Of a stretch of 64,000 nucleotides of DNA, positions 38,601-47,740 are shown in pieces. Source of the stretch: Gracilinanus agilis (lineage: Eukaryota); contig NC_058131.1 of assembly GCF_016433145.1 (NCBI RefSeq), positions 48,447,795-48,511,794 of the forward strand, read 5' to 3'. Every line of letters starts with the position of its first letter. Position 1 is the first letter of the stretch. Under the pieces are notes generated by a model. The model was not told the origin of the DNA and ran no database searches. It worked only from the letters and a program-made list of their open reading frames with translations. The position numbers were made by a program, and so were the translations under genes.

Positions 38601-39016
38601 GTAGATGAAGACCTCCTTGTTGGGCCAAATAGCCCAAAGTAAGGAGCTTGGGAAAGGTTTGGGCCTCTTTAGTTCAAAGAGACCATGTGCTTGCACCAGG
38701 GAAGGTGATATCTAATGGGAATGAAAGAGCAGAGGCTCCTTCTCTTGCTCCTTTAACAGCAGACACCAGGTGGGGGAGGGGTAGCCCTGGCTTTGCTCTC
38801 TCCTCCACAATGTAGGATGTTAGCCCAGATGACCCCAGTAGCCCACAGCAGACAGACCTTTTCCTGAAAACTATTGGCTGCCAGGTTGTAGATCTCGACT
38901 GTGCCATCCACTCGGGAGACAGCCAGTCTGTTGGATTGGTGATTATATGCCACACATCGGATTCCCACGGGGACATAGTTGAAGAAACGAACTCGATGAA
39001 CCTTAAATTCACCCAT
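10789..39016 (-). CDS. UTP4: U3 small nucleolar RNA-associated protein 4 (cirhin; WD40 t-UTP subunit), whole spliced CDS, 686 aa
   Basis: 15 coding exons with GT-AG boundaries: 39016-38858, 33054-32863, 31432-31348, 29978-29889, 29023-28812, 25681-25418, 22661-22565, 21067-21003, 18692-18570, 17569-17413, 15444-15338, 14870-14775, 14391-14206, 12961-12851, 10905-10789. They sum to 2061 nt in one frame, from [16 protein letters not shown] to [12 protein letters not shown], the same length as recalled human UTP4. Confidence 0.97.
12355..12545 (-). mobile_element. SINE1_Mdo-like SINE, older copy
   Basis: aaaacccc...agaatggtgagggctaggcaatggggttgacttgctcagggtcacacagctag... Confidence 0.7.
12851..12961 (-). 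CDS. UTP4: UTP4 coding exon 14/15 ([12 protein letters not shown]...[12 protein letters not shown])
   Basis: tag acceptor, CAG|gtgag donor, 111 nt. Confidence 0.93.
14206..14391 (-). CDS. UTP4: UTP4 coding exon 13/15 ([22 protein letters not shown]...IIDKSM)
   Basis: tag acceptor, gtaag donor, 186 nt. Retains the DWSR arginine equivalent to human R565. Confidence 0.95.
14775..14870 (-). CDS. UTP4: UTP4 coding exon 12/15 ([32 protein letters not shown])
   Basis: cag acceptor, gtgagt donor, 96 nt. Confidence 0.95.
15338..15444 (-). CDS. UTP4: UTP4 coding exon 11/15 ([21 protein letters not shown]...HLK)
   Basis: cag acceptor, AAG|gtggg donor, 107 nt. Confidence 0.95.
15715..15925 (+). mobile_element. 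SINE1_Mdo-like SINE
   Basis: gtagctcagtggaatgagagccaggcctagagtcaggaggtccc..., ending in an A-rich tail. Confidence 0.75.
17413..17569 (-). CDS. UTP4: UTP4 coding exon 10/15 ([33 protein letters not shown]...FQPQS)
   Basis: AAG acceptor after a good pyrimidine tract, gtgagg donor, 157 nt. Confidence 0.93.
17935..18125 (-). mobile_element. SINE1_Mdo-like SINE, older copy
   Basis: tccttaccttctgtc...ggcaattggggttaagagacttgcccagggtcccacagct...ccactgagctacctagctg. Confidence 0.7.
18570..18692 (-). CDS. UTP4: UTP4 coding exon 9/15 ([25 protein letters not shown]...IKR)
   Basis: cag acceptor, gtaag donor, 123 nt. Confidence 0.95.
19300..20650 (-). mobile_element. L2 LINE fragment(s), antiparallel
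   Basis: Purine-rich, decayed L2-like text (gaggatgagagtg, gatggattgg, gatgtccagt); no intact ORF. Confidence 0.5.
21003..21067 (-). CDS. UTP4: UTP4 coding exon 8/15 ([21 protein letters not shown])
   Basis: cag acceptor, AAG|gtaag donor, 65 nt. Confidence 0.93.
21860..22040 (-). mobile_element. SINE1_Mdo-like SINE, older copy
   Basis: Poly-T...ttaaatgacttgcccagggtcacacagttag...ccacctagctgcccc. Confidence 0.7.
22565..22661 (-). CDS. UTP4: UTP4 coding exon 7/15 ([32 protein letters not shown])
   Basis: cag acceptor, gtaag donor, 97 nt. Confidence 0.95.
23541..23728 (-). mobile_element. Young SINE1_Mdo with target-site duplication
   Basis: Full length. TSD aaagtcccacta at 23529-23540 and 23730-23741. 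Confidence 0.9.
23800..24005 (+). mobile_element. Young SINE1_Mdo with target-site duplication
   Basis: Full length with A-rich tail. TSD aaaacaaaacacag at 23786-23799 and 24006-24019. Confidence 0.9.
24940..25140 (+). mobile_element. SINE1_Mdo-like SINE
   Basis: gggggcagctgggtggctcagtgcattgagtcaggcctggagatggg...gtaagggtttaaaaaaaa. Confidence 0.8.
25418..25681 (-). CDS. UTP4: UTP4 coding exon 6/15 ([12 protein letters not shown]...[14 protein letters not shown]...KITFPH), 264 nt
   Basis: cag acceptor, CAC|gtaag donor. Continuous reading frame across what I recall as two human exons. Confidence 0.93.
28812..29023 (-). CDS. UTP4: UTP4 coding exon 5/15 ([12 protein letters not shown]...[11 protein letters not shown]...SIAVAE)
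   Basis: cag acceptor, gtgagt donor, 212 nt. Confidence 0.95.
29889..29978 (-). CDS. UTP4: UTP4 coding exon 4/15 ([29 protein letters not shown])
   Basis: cag acceptor, gtact donor, 90 nt. Confidence 0.95.
30266..31044 (+). mobile_element. Possible solo LTR
   Basis: About 780 bp, GC-richer than its flanks, starts TG and ends CA, with ATTAAA at 30868-30873. No TSD found, so boundaries are uncertain. Confidence 0.3.
31348..31432 (-). CDS. UTP4: UTP4 coding exon 3/15 ([28 protein letters not shown])
   Basis: cag acceptor, gtaag donor, 85 nt. Confidence 0.95.
31860..32615 (+). mobile_element. Decayed L1 3' fragment
   Basis: L1 ORF2-end/3'UTR-like text (gtggcactttttatggtagcaaag...ggggaatggccaaacaaac) ending in aataaaaacttaaaa. 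Confidence 0.5.
32863..33054 (-). CDS. UTP4: UTP4 coding exon 2/15 ([35 protein letters not shown]...[16 protein letters not shown])
   Basis: tag acceptor, gttagt donor, 192 nt. Confidence 0.95.
33750..36080 (+). mobile_element. Truncated, degenerate L1 (ORF2 reverse-transcriptase region plus 3' end), antisense to UTP4, interrupted by a SINE
   Basis: Decayed ORF2 motifs: PGPDGFT (ccaggaccagatggatttaca, 34111), an NYR-IS motif (~34271), a DQLGFIP motif (~34365) and a GCPLS-like stretch (~34650). Many stops and frameshifts. Confidence 0.85.
35445..35646 (+). mobile_element. Young SINE1_Mdo nested in the L1 3' region
   Basis: Full length with long poly-A. TSD catgaatgtaatgga at 35430-35444 and 35652-35666. 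Confidence 0.9.
36930..38110 (+). mobile_element. L2 fragment(s), interrupted by a SINE
   Basis: Pyrimidine-rich decayed text with an L2-type 3' end (aagctcctaagggtaggga...gtaggtgcttaggaaacatttgttgaat). Confidence 0.5.
37190..37389 (-). mobile_element. Very young SINE1_Mdo with target-site duplication
   Basis: Full length. TSD tcaatatgaattt at 37177-37189 and 37390-37402. Only about 4 differences from the 23800 copy by manual alignment. Confidence 0.9.
38858..39016 (-). CDS. UTP4: UTP4 coding exon 1/15 ([53 protein letters not shown])
   Basis: Acceptor cag|GA-ATG (exon starts at 39018), AAG|gtctgt donor, 159 coding nt. Confidence 0.96.
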
Positions 39017-39739
39017 TCCTGTGGACAGAAATAAAACTCATTATTAAGCACTTACTTCATGGAGGGAACAAAGGCAGCCTTTATTCCATTAATAATGCCT
39101 CCTAACATTGGGGGAAGGAGTTTTTATTTCTGAAAATTTAACTAGCAATAATATTCTGTCCTATGTAACTCAGAGCTCCTTAGAGCAAAGACAGTCCTCT
39201 ACCTTTCCTTCATGCTTAGTATAGTATTTGAGACATGGGAGGTACTGGGTCTGAAGGACTAACAAAACAGGAGTCAAAGGAAAAATCAGAACCACATTCA
39301 TTCAGCAAGTAATTATAAGTACCTATTGTGTGCCAGGGGCTGTGCCATGTACCAAGGAGAAAGACAAAAAGTAGCTTACATTAAACTAGGAGAAGAGAAG
39401 GAGGAGACCAATGTGCAACATGAATGCAGAAAAATAATATATCAAACTTACCAAGTGAATACAAAGTAGCCTGGGGAGTGGGGGGTGGGGAAAATGAGGA
39501 TAGACCTCCTGTAGGAAATCAGGGGTTCCACTAATTGAAGGCGAGGATACAGAGAATTCCAGATTTGTGCTCAATTTAAAGATAAAGAAACAAAGGGTCA
39601 GAGGTTAAATGACTGGCCCAGAGTGGAACAGCTAGCAAGGTAGAATTGTTCTGCTCCTGAGGTTGTTAGGCTGTTCATCAATGGTAGGAAGATACCAGAG
39701 ACCAAACAATAAAAAGCAAATTCTCAGAAGTCTGAATCC

Positions 39740-39920
39740 CCAAATTTGAATCCTACCCCTGACATTCTTGAGTTTGTCACCAGAGGTAAAATCACTTTAA
39801 GTCCTCTGAGCTTCAATATCCTCATCTGAAAATAAGGATAATGATACTTGCAGGACTTTGCTAACAGGGTTCTTGTGAAGAAAGCACTCTGTAAACCTTA
39901 AAACAGTGTAAACCTAAGTT
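39740..39920 (+). mobile_element. MIR/CORE-SINE fragment (similar fragments at ~7060-7250, 46170-46320, 58340-58570, 60300-60530)
   Basis: CORE motif ctctgagcttcaatatcctcatctgaaaataaggataat. Confidence 0.6.
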
Positions 39921-40961
39921 ATCACTCGCGAAGGATTTTAGAAAATAGCCAAGGAAAGAGAAGTCCTAAGTAGGAATATCCAGCCCAATGTAGTGACTTT
40001 TTGTTATAGCTCAGGAGTTGGGAGCTGCCTAGGAGAGGTACAAAAGACACTTCAAATTCTATTTCCACAAACGTTTATTAATGCCTCCTAGTAGGCACAG
40101 GGCTCCACAATGACAGATGAGAAGACAATCTTATATTCTTATAGAATTCAGCAAGGGCTCACCCGCTCTTCTTGCCAATTCAACACATTTTCAGCAAAAT
40201 GCAACAATGTACTAAAGAGATGCATATTTAAGTGCCGGGCACTGGGACATGGAGATAGAAAGATGGAAAATGGCATTAGTTCACTGATTAAGTTGGTCAC
40301 TATACCTTTCAGCTCTAAATTCAAGGATCCATCTCATTCTTGACTTAGTCTACTAAGGGGTAAGGACGATGGTATAAATGGGGAAAAAACGATGGATTCA
40401 AAGACCTCTGACTTTAGGTGAGACCACTCAGTCGCTTCTCAGAACCTCCGTTTACCCATTTGTCATATGAAAGGGGATACTAAAATCATGCCTTGTATCC
40501 TCTGACAGGTACACAAATCCGTCCATAATTCACAAGCAACCAGGTGACTGATTGGATGAAGTCTGGGACTGGGAGTCAGAAGTCCTGAGTTGGAATTCAA
40601 TCTCAGGAGCTTCTTGGCCTTGATGGTGGATAAGTCAGTTTGCCTGTCTGTAGAATGGGGGTAATAACGGCGCGCGCACGCGCACACACACCACACAAAC
40701 ACTACTGCTTTTACAACTCTGAATTTCCCACTTAAATAATGGGCAGCACCGGCTCTTATTGTACATCAGCCAACACTTAGTAAGCGCCTGCTGTATGCAT
40801 GCCGGGCTCTGGGAACGAAAAGACCCTCTAGCCGCCCCCCGACAATTTAGAGGGGGTGTCTCTCAGAGCCGGCTACCACGCGGGGTGGAGATCCTTCTCC
40901 CCCAAAAGGAGGCAGGGGTAGTTCCCTCTCCCAATCCATCCCCTCAGACACTGGCACTTAC

Positions 40962-41060
40962 CTCCGCCGGTCTCCGGGCTCCGGCCTCCAGCCCAGCGTC
41001 TCGGACGACTAGCGCTCCCCTCCCCACCCGGCCTCGACCTCGCACCACGTGCGCGCGCTT
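40962..41060 (-). other. UTP4: UTP4 non-coding exon 1 (5' end approximate)
   Basis: Consensus donor GGAG|GTAAGT at 40962/40961 inside the CpG island. The next exon begins 2 nt before the ATG, so an upstream non-coding exon is required. Confidence 0.7.
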
Positions 41061-41100
41061 TGACCCCGGAAGTAGTCGTCAGCCCCACGGAGCCGGAAGT

Positions 41101-41196
41101 GCGCAGACAGTGTTAGCGGCGGCGGACGGCGGCGGCGGGAGGTTCGGTTGTCGCCCGTTGGCCGCGAGGCGCCGCGTTCGGCGGCCGCCATTGCAG
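41101..41196 (+). other. CHTF8: CHTF8/DERPC non-coding exon 1 (5' end approximate)
   Basis: Donor TTGCAG|GTCAGG at 41196/41197, downstream of the tandem CCGGAAGT sites. Confidence 0.6.
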
Positions 41197-44100
41197 GTCA
41201 GGCCCCGGGCGGGAGTGCGGGAGGGGGAGCGGAAGGGGCCCGGGAGGCGAGGGCCGGGAATCGGCGGGAGGGCGAGAAGGAGGGAGCTGACGGCCCAGGG
41301 AGGAAGGACGGCGCGGGAAGAAGAATGGCGGGCTCGGGGAGGGCGGCGGGAGGGGTTGGGCCTGAGAGGAGGGAGCGGGAGCGAGCGCGGGCGGTCGGGC
41401 GGGGGAGGGAGAAGGGAGCGAGAGCGAGCGCGGGCGGGCGGCCGGAGGCGAGATAGCGGAGCCGGAGTTGGGGCGGGAGTGGAGTAGGGCGGACTCCAGT
41501 CCTTGGGAGCGAGAAGGGGATCGGAGGCGGTAGCACGCGGGGCCGGGCATTTGTGGGCCGAGGCAGGCGCATGGAGGGGACCGAGGCCGCGGCAGAGGCA
41601 AAGGTTGGCCCGGGGGCTGACGCTGGGCGGGCGAGAGAGCGGCACGTGGGTCGGGGGAAGATGAGTATGTGGGGGCAGGGGCGGACTGGAGTGGAAGCCC
41701 GGCGGTGTGGTCGAGGAGGAGGAAGGAATATGGTAGGGACTGGGAACCTGGATGGAGAAGGGATCCAGGAAGTGGAAGGGGACCATTTGGAGGGATCCCA
41801 GGAAGAGGAAGAAGAGAGGGAGGAGAGTGGACTCAGGAAGTGGAGGGAAAGGGAGGAGACGGGGGCGGAGACGGGGGCGGGGGAGCAGCGGGCTGGTGGA
41901 GCGGGAACCTCTAGGTTAGAGTGGGGTGCGGGGCCGGGATCCAATATGGAGGGGGAGGGGTGGAGAGAAGGTAGGCCAGAGAGGGTGGACCCTAGGAGGG
42001 TGAATAGGGACTCGTTAGAGAAGAAATCCTTCTCCGAGGAGACTTAAGGGTTGGGGAGTAATGCAGGAAAGGAACCTTGAGAGAGGAAAAGAGGGCCAAG
42101 GACTCAGGGTTTGTCTGAGTAGTAGAGGATTTGGACAAATGCTGGAGTAAACTCAGATCGACAGAAGCAAGTTTGCCAGCAAGCATCTATCTGCAAATGC
42201 CAGTAGTTGATCGAGTGGAGGAGCGGGATCCTAAATATCCCTGAAGTGTGCTGTGAAAGTAACACGTGTATACATAGTTTCCATACACATTTTTGAAACC
42301 ATCCCTCCCTGATGAAAAGTTCAGAAACATTCAGTTCTACATGCACATCACAGCCCTTAATGGGGGGAGGGGGGACAGGGTCTGTCCATCCATACAAGAA
42401 GCATGGCTAGAACTCCCATATAAGCCTGTCAGTAGACAGGATGCCTTTTGATCCTCAGGCAGCCTGGTTCCAGTCACCATACCATGAAAACACTTAATAA
42501 AAATATTTCATCTCCTTTTCATCTGTATTTTTAAAATCACATTAATTGTTCGTTTTTGGAGGAAAACACAGAAAATTTCACATTCAGAATAGAAATTGTC
42601 CATCCCACCCTTATTTTGTGAAGCAAACTGGTGGTAAACCAATTTTCTTTTGCTCCTGTCACTTCTTAGGGGCCATCTAATCTCTAACCCCTTCATTTTA
42701 CTACTGAGGAAGCTGAGACACATCCCACCTACCCCCAAATTAAGTAACTTTTACAAGGTTACGTGGGTAGGAAGATGAAAAGGTGGGATTAAAGCCTAAA
42801 CCCTCTGACTAAATCCAGCACTCTTCCGTCCATTTGTATCATGTTCGGAAGCTACTTTGAACATGGTACCCATTAAAATGAAATAATTGTAAAGCTGTCA
42901 GCAAAGTGCCTTGCATATAGTAAGCACTAATTGTTAGCTATTCTTATTTTAAGGAAATTTCTAGAGTAGTACAGAAAGCTATTAAGACTAATTTAACCTG
43001 GTTAAATGTTAATTCTTTCCATACTATAAAACTGGCACTAGATACATTCTCAGCCAAGGTTTTGTATCATGAACTTTGTAGGGAATGTTTTGGGAAGAGT
43101 TAAAAAAATTAACTTTTAAAAATTAAATAATTGAGATTTAAAGCTGGTATTAAGAAAAGGGAAGCCTAAAATCACAGTGAATTGAAGGATCATTTGAATG
43201 AGTGAAATATCTACAAACTTTCTTTTTTTAATTTTTGGCTTTTGACAGTTACATAAAACCATTGACTAGGAGTTAAGTAGTTCTTCAGGCTTTATGGATA
43301 GTACCTTTTTCTCCAGAGAATTCTTATTAAGTAAGTATATAATAATCTTTTTGACATGAGCTTCATTTTATTTTTTAGTACTCATCGTCAAAATTAGAGG
43401 TCTGAAGTTTAGTGAGACTAAGTTACTTGCCTAAAATTAAAGGTAACCAATAAACCAGTCTCATTCATTATTTAAGTCTTATCTTGTCCTAAGAAAGAAA
43501 AGCATGTATTTTAGATTGAAAGTTTCAGTCTTTGGGAATATGCTAGTGTGAAACCAGTTTCTAGGATAGCCCCTTTCCTAAAGATTTTTTTAATGAAATA
43601 TGCAGTTTTTCAGGATCTAAAGTACCAAGAAGGGTTCAGTATTTTAGCAGTTAGGAACTACAGCTAGGTCCTGATTAGTGTAAAGAATGAATCTCCTAAA
43701 GTGATAGCATATATTCAAATTCACAGTATTTGAAATTATTATGTAAAATATTGTGTAGGATTTTTTCCTCAGCCAACTGAAATCCTTGTGAAAATTGGTT
43801 AATCCTAATTGGAAATTAATTCCTCACAGTCACATTCTTGCAAACTTTTTTGTTCCTTTCCCACAACATAGTATCTTGTCTTCCCTGCAGTGCCTTAGGT
43901 GCTCAATCAGTAGTTTATGAATGAATATCATTAGGATAAAGTTGTTTATAAAGCATATTGATATTTAAATATTAGAAGTAAAGTTACAGAGAAATAAAAA
44001 AGTATCATTTTCTTCAAAGTATAAATCCAATCATTAACCTTACCCAATACTCCCCAAACCTTTTTTCCTTTTTAAAACGGCAGTTTTTCCAACTACCTCT

Positions 44101-44217
44101 TGTTATTCAATACACTTTCATCTCACCAGAGCTGGATTACTTTTGTGGATTTGAATATTTTTCTTGAAGGCTCAAGGTCTAAAATTAAGTCATAGTCTTA
44201 TAAAAATTTAATTATCT

Positions 44218-44385
44218 AGGGCAGCTCAGTGGTTCAGTGGATAGAGTCAGGCCTGAAACTTGGGAGGACCTGGCCTCAAACACTTCCTATCTCTGTGACC
44301 CTGGGCAAGTCATGTAACCTCAATTGCCTAGCTTTTGCTCTTCTGTCTTAGAGTTCTTAAGATAGAAAGTAGGTTTTAAACAAAA
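44218..44385 (+). mobile_element. SINE1_Mdo-like SINE, older copy (another at ~47383-47550)
   Basis: ggggcagctcagtggttcagtggatagagtcaggcctg...gtgaccctgggcaagtca. Confidence 0.7.
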
Positions 44386-47300
44386 GCAAATTGAATTGCC
44401 ACTTCTAAATGACATTAGATTAGTGCTTCCTAGTTGACTTGTAGGAAAAAACTGAAGTGAATTTGAGGACCATTTCCATTGACCTGCTTTTAATTCATTT
44501 TCCGTAACAATGGATCTATATAGTTTGTAATTCAAAATCTACCTTTGAAATGTTGTTACCTCAGAGTATTATCAAATTTTTATCAAAGGCTTGGCTCAGG
44601 TATTTTCCCAGATTGTATAATGCTTGAATTATAAGTAGTTTGGGGCTTAGAAGTCTTTTTGTCATAGTTTTCATTGTGAATGCTTTTTGTTTTAACAAGA
44701 TTTGGTCTAATTTCTGTGCCTTTTTTAGCAAAAAAAAAATGCCTTAATATCACATTCCCTTTAAACTCACTTTCTAGAGAGGCATAGATTGGAACCCTTT
44801 AAGCCCTAATCTTTTGGCCTACCCAAACTAAAAAATAAAGGCACCTGAAGTAGCAGTAATAGACATCAAGAAGCAAGAAAGGATAGATAGCATACAATTT
44901 TATGATAAGAGATTTCTGTATTCTGAGGCAGAGTCAAGATATTTCTTTGCCAGTTAACTGTAAACTTATATGGCCTATTATTCTGGGGAATAGACCATAT
45001 GCCCGAAATATTCCCAAATCAGGTTTTTGTTATTCAGTAGCTTCTGATCTTTTCTAGAATAACACCTGACAGATGCTTAAATACCCAAGCTGAGTGTAAG
45101 CTTTTAATAGTATTAATTTTACACAGGAGCATGTGCTAAGAAGATATGTGTGTTTCAGACATCTTGTGACAGTGGGACAGAGAATGGGGACTTTGAGGTT
45201 TATGCCCAGATGCACCCATCTCTCGGTACCTCTTAATATTTTAGGTCATGAGGTAATAAGGGCTAAACCTGGCTATGGTCTTGGAGAGAAAAATTAAAAT
45301 GTAATTGGGAAAATAACACTATTATAATCTATTTGTATAACCCTGGGCAAATCATTAAATCTTTGTGAACCTCAAGTTCTTCTGTACAAGGAAAAGATTA
45401 ATTTGGATCATCAAAATGCTCTTTTCTGGACCCAAATCCCATGATTCCTTTTGCTTTCGGATACAAATATAATGTGTGAAATTAGCCTTTCAGAACAGAT
45501 GTCTGAATTATTTCTGTGTTCTAGTCTCAGTTTATGCTTGCTAGCCAATAGTTTGAAGTTCTTGTCTCCTTTCCACCCCATTCCATTTAGTGACTACTGA
45601 GGAAATCCACATCTCCCCTAAAAAGCAATTGTTATAAATTATTCTTGGGTTGCTATTCTTTGCCAGGAAGCTGGTAGGAGGATAAGACATTATATATCTT
45701 ATTCATAATCTTCTTAAATATGCACATTTGCCTTTGGGGCTGATTTTTGTTCCATTAGGACCCCATTGATTCCTTAATTAGAAACCAACCCCTTTCTCAT
45801 TGATTTTCTAACATTACTGGTGACCATATCTTCTGAGCCCAAAATCTAGTCTTGTAGTATAAAGACTTTTTTTTTATCATTGTCAAGCAATTGACTTTGA
45901 AATCAGTACATGCCCCAAATCTGAGACATATAGCTACCTTATTTGGCCACAAAGAGCAAAATGTTAGATGCTGCTTTTTGAGTTGAAAAAGCTTAGTAGA
46001 ATGTTAAGACAAACAGTACTTTTTGCTTCACCTCCTGAGTACTCTGCTGCTTCTCTAGCCATCTTTCTTAGACTATGACATACTCATCTAGGTAGAAAAA
46101 TCACATCCTCAGTCATAAGGTTTTTAGCCACTAGGGGGCGAAGTGGATAGAATGCTAGTCTAAAGCCATTTAACTTCAGATTAAAATTAATTTTCTCATT
46201 TGTAAAATGGAGATAATAGAACCTACCACTCAGGTTTGTTGTGAGGATCAAATAACATAGTATTTGTAAAGCTCTTTGCAAACATAGCAAGTGCTATATA
46301 GATGCCAGCTATTAACTACCTCTTCTAAGTCTAGACCCAAAAACTTTAGACCCGACTCCCCACCTCTGGTTTTTAACTTTTAGTCTTTCCAGCTTTTTAG
46401 TCTGCTTTTAATTTGTAACTAAATTTTTCCTATTTCCACAATTCTAAGTGTTACAATTCTTTTTAATTTATAGAAGTGGAGTTTTTCTGTGGAAATAGCG
46501 AATTGCTTTTCAAACCCAGAAATCTTTTTTTTCTTTTTAGGACTTTTACTGATACCTTCATGTCTGATTAGCTGCCTTGTAGCTTCTTGGGTTGGATTAC
46601 ATCTTATTCCCCAGAAACTCTAGTTTTAAGTTCCAATCAGATTCTCTAATGTGGTAGAATAAAGAAAGACTGGAATTAGAGAGCCGGGTTTTAATTTGAA
46701 CACTTAAAATTTAAAAAATGTAACCTCTTAATCTAAATTTTCTAATATGTTAAATGAGGACAATGCTTACATGGTCTATCTACAGGATTTTTAGAAACCA
46801 TGCAGCATTATATTCTTGTTATTTTTTCCCATTGTACTTTTGCCTGGCTCTTATTTGTGTTCAGTATCTTGCCATTAATAATTCCTTTGCATGGTCCTTT
46901 TTTTCTCTTGATGTTTTTAACTTAGAAGTATAGTGAAATTTTATGAATACTTAAGTTTTGTGTACTTTCTCATGAGTTTTGTAAACATGTTTTAAGGTCT
47001 TAGAAGTTCATACTTTAAAGTGTTGTGGTTTTTTGTGGGGTTTTTTTGTTGTTTTTTAATCTCCAAAGAAACAAGCCTAGTAAGGTAAATAAATCCTCCG
47101 TGTGTTATTATCAGGACATCCATTTCAAAAAAATGTAATTTAGTCTTAATCTCACTTAACCTTCCTCTTGAACAGTACTTGAATTTGCCACAAGATGACA
47201 CTATTGTATAAGACAAATCTCAGTACAGTCTATATGGTTTTTCCCTTGTCTGGGATACAATATGTACTTTAGATGGAATGAATACCTAAAACATTTGCCA

Positions 47301-47740
47301 GAATGTTTAGAATGAGGTTATGGGCATTTTCTTGTCATAGCTTTTGTTGGAGATATTTTGTTTTTTAAAATAATCCATGGGTGGGAGCAGCTGGGTAGCT
47401 CAGTGGATTAAGCCAGACCTAGAGACCAGAGGTCATAGGGTGCAAATCTGACCTCAGACAGTTACTAGCTATGTGGCCCTAGGGAAGTCACTTAACCCCA
47501 ATTGTCTAGCTCTTAGGCAGTATTGATTCTAAGACTGAAGGTACGGGTGGGTGTATGTGTTTGGGAAAGAATTAATGGAGCTTATATCATATCCCCTGAA
47601 AAAAGCTATCTCAAAGTTGTTATTTAAAAAAAAATTCTTCCTGTTTAGCAAAGAAGAAACCATTGAGCTGACCTTATATAATTGTTTTTCCTTTCTCTTC
47701 TTAGCTTGTCTTCAGTTTGCTTTTCTAATCGAAAAAGCTG

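Larger units (their letters stand above)
40660..41720. promoter_or_regulatory. CpG island and bidirectional promoter shared by UTP4 (-) and CHTF8 (+)
   Basis: Dense CpG. E-box CACGTG at 41046-41051. Two ETS/GABP sites CCGGAAGT at 41066-41073 and 41093-41100. YY1-like CGCCATT near 41186. Divergent splice donors at 40961 (-) and 41197 (+). Confidence 0.88.

Noticed and set aside
40668-40700. Alternating purine-pyrimidine tract gcgcgcgcacgcgcacacacac (Z-DNA potential)
   Set aside because: It is short and common at CpG-island edges, and nothing links it to a function here.
40759-42047. Cluster of 100-250-aa ORFs on both strands
   Set aside because: These sit in a CpG island and GA-rich intron where stop codons are scarce. 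The products are low-complexity Arg/Pro/Gly/Glu text with no recognisable family.
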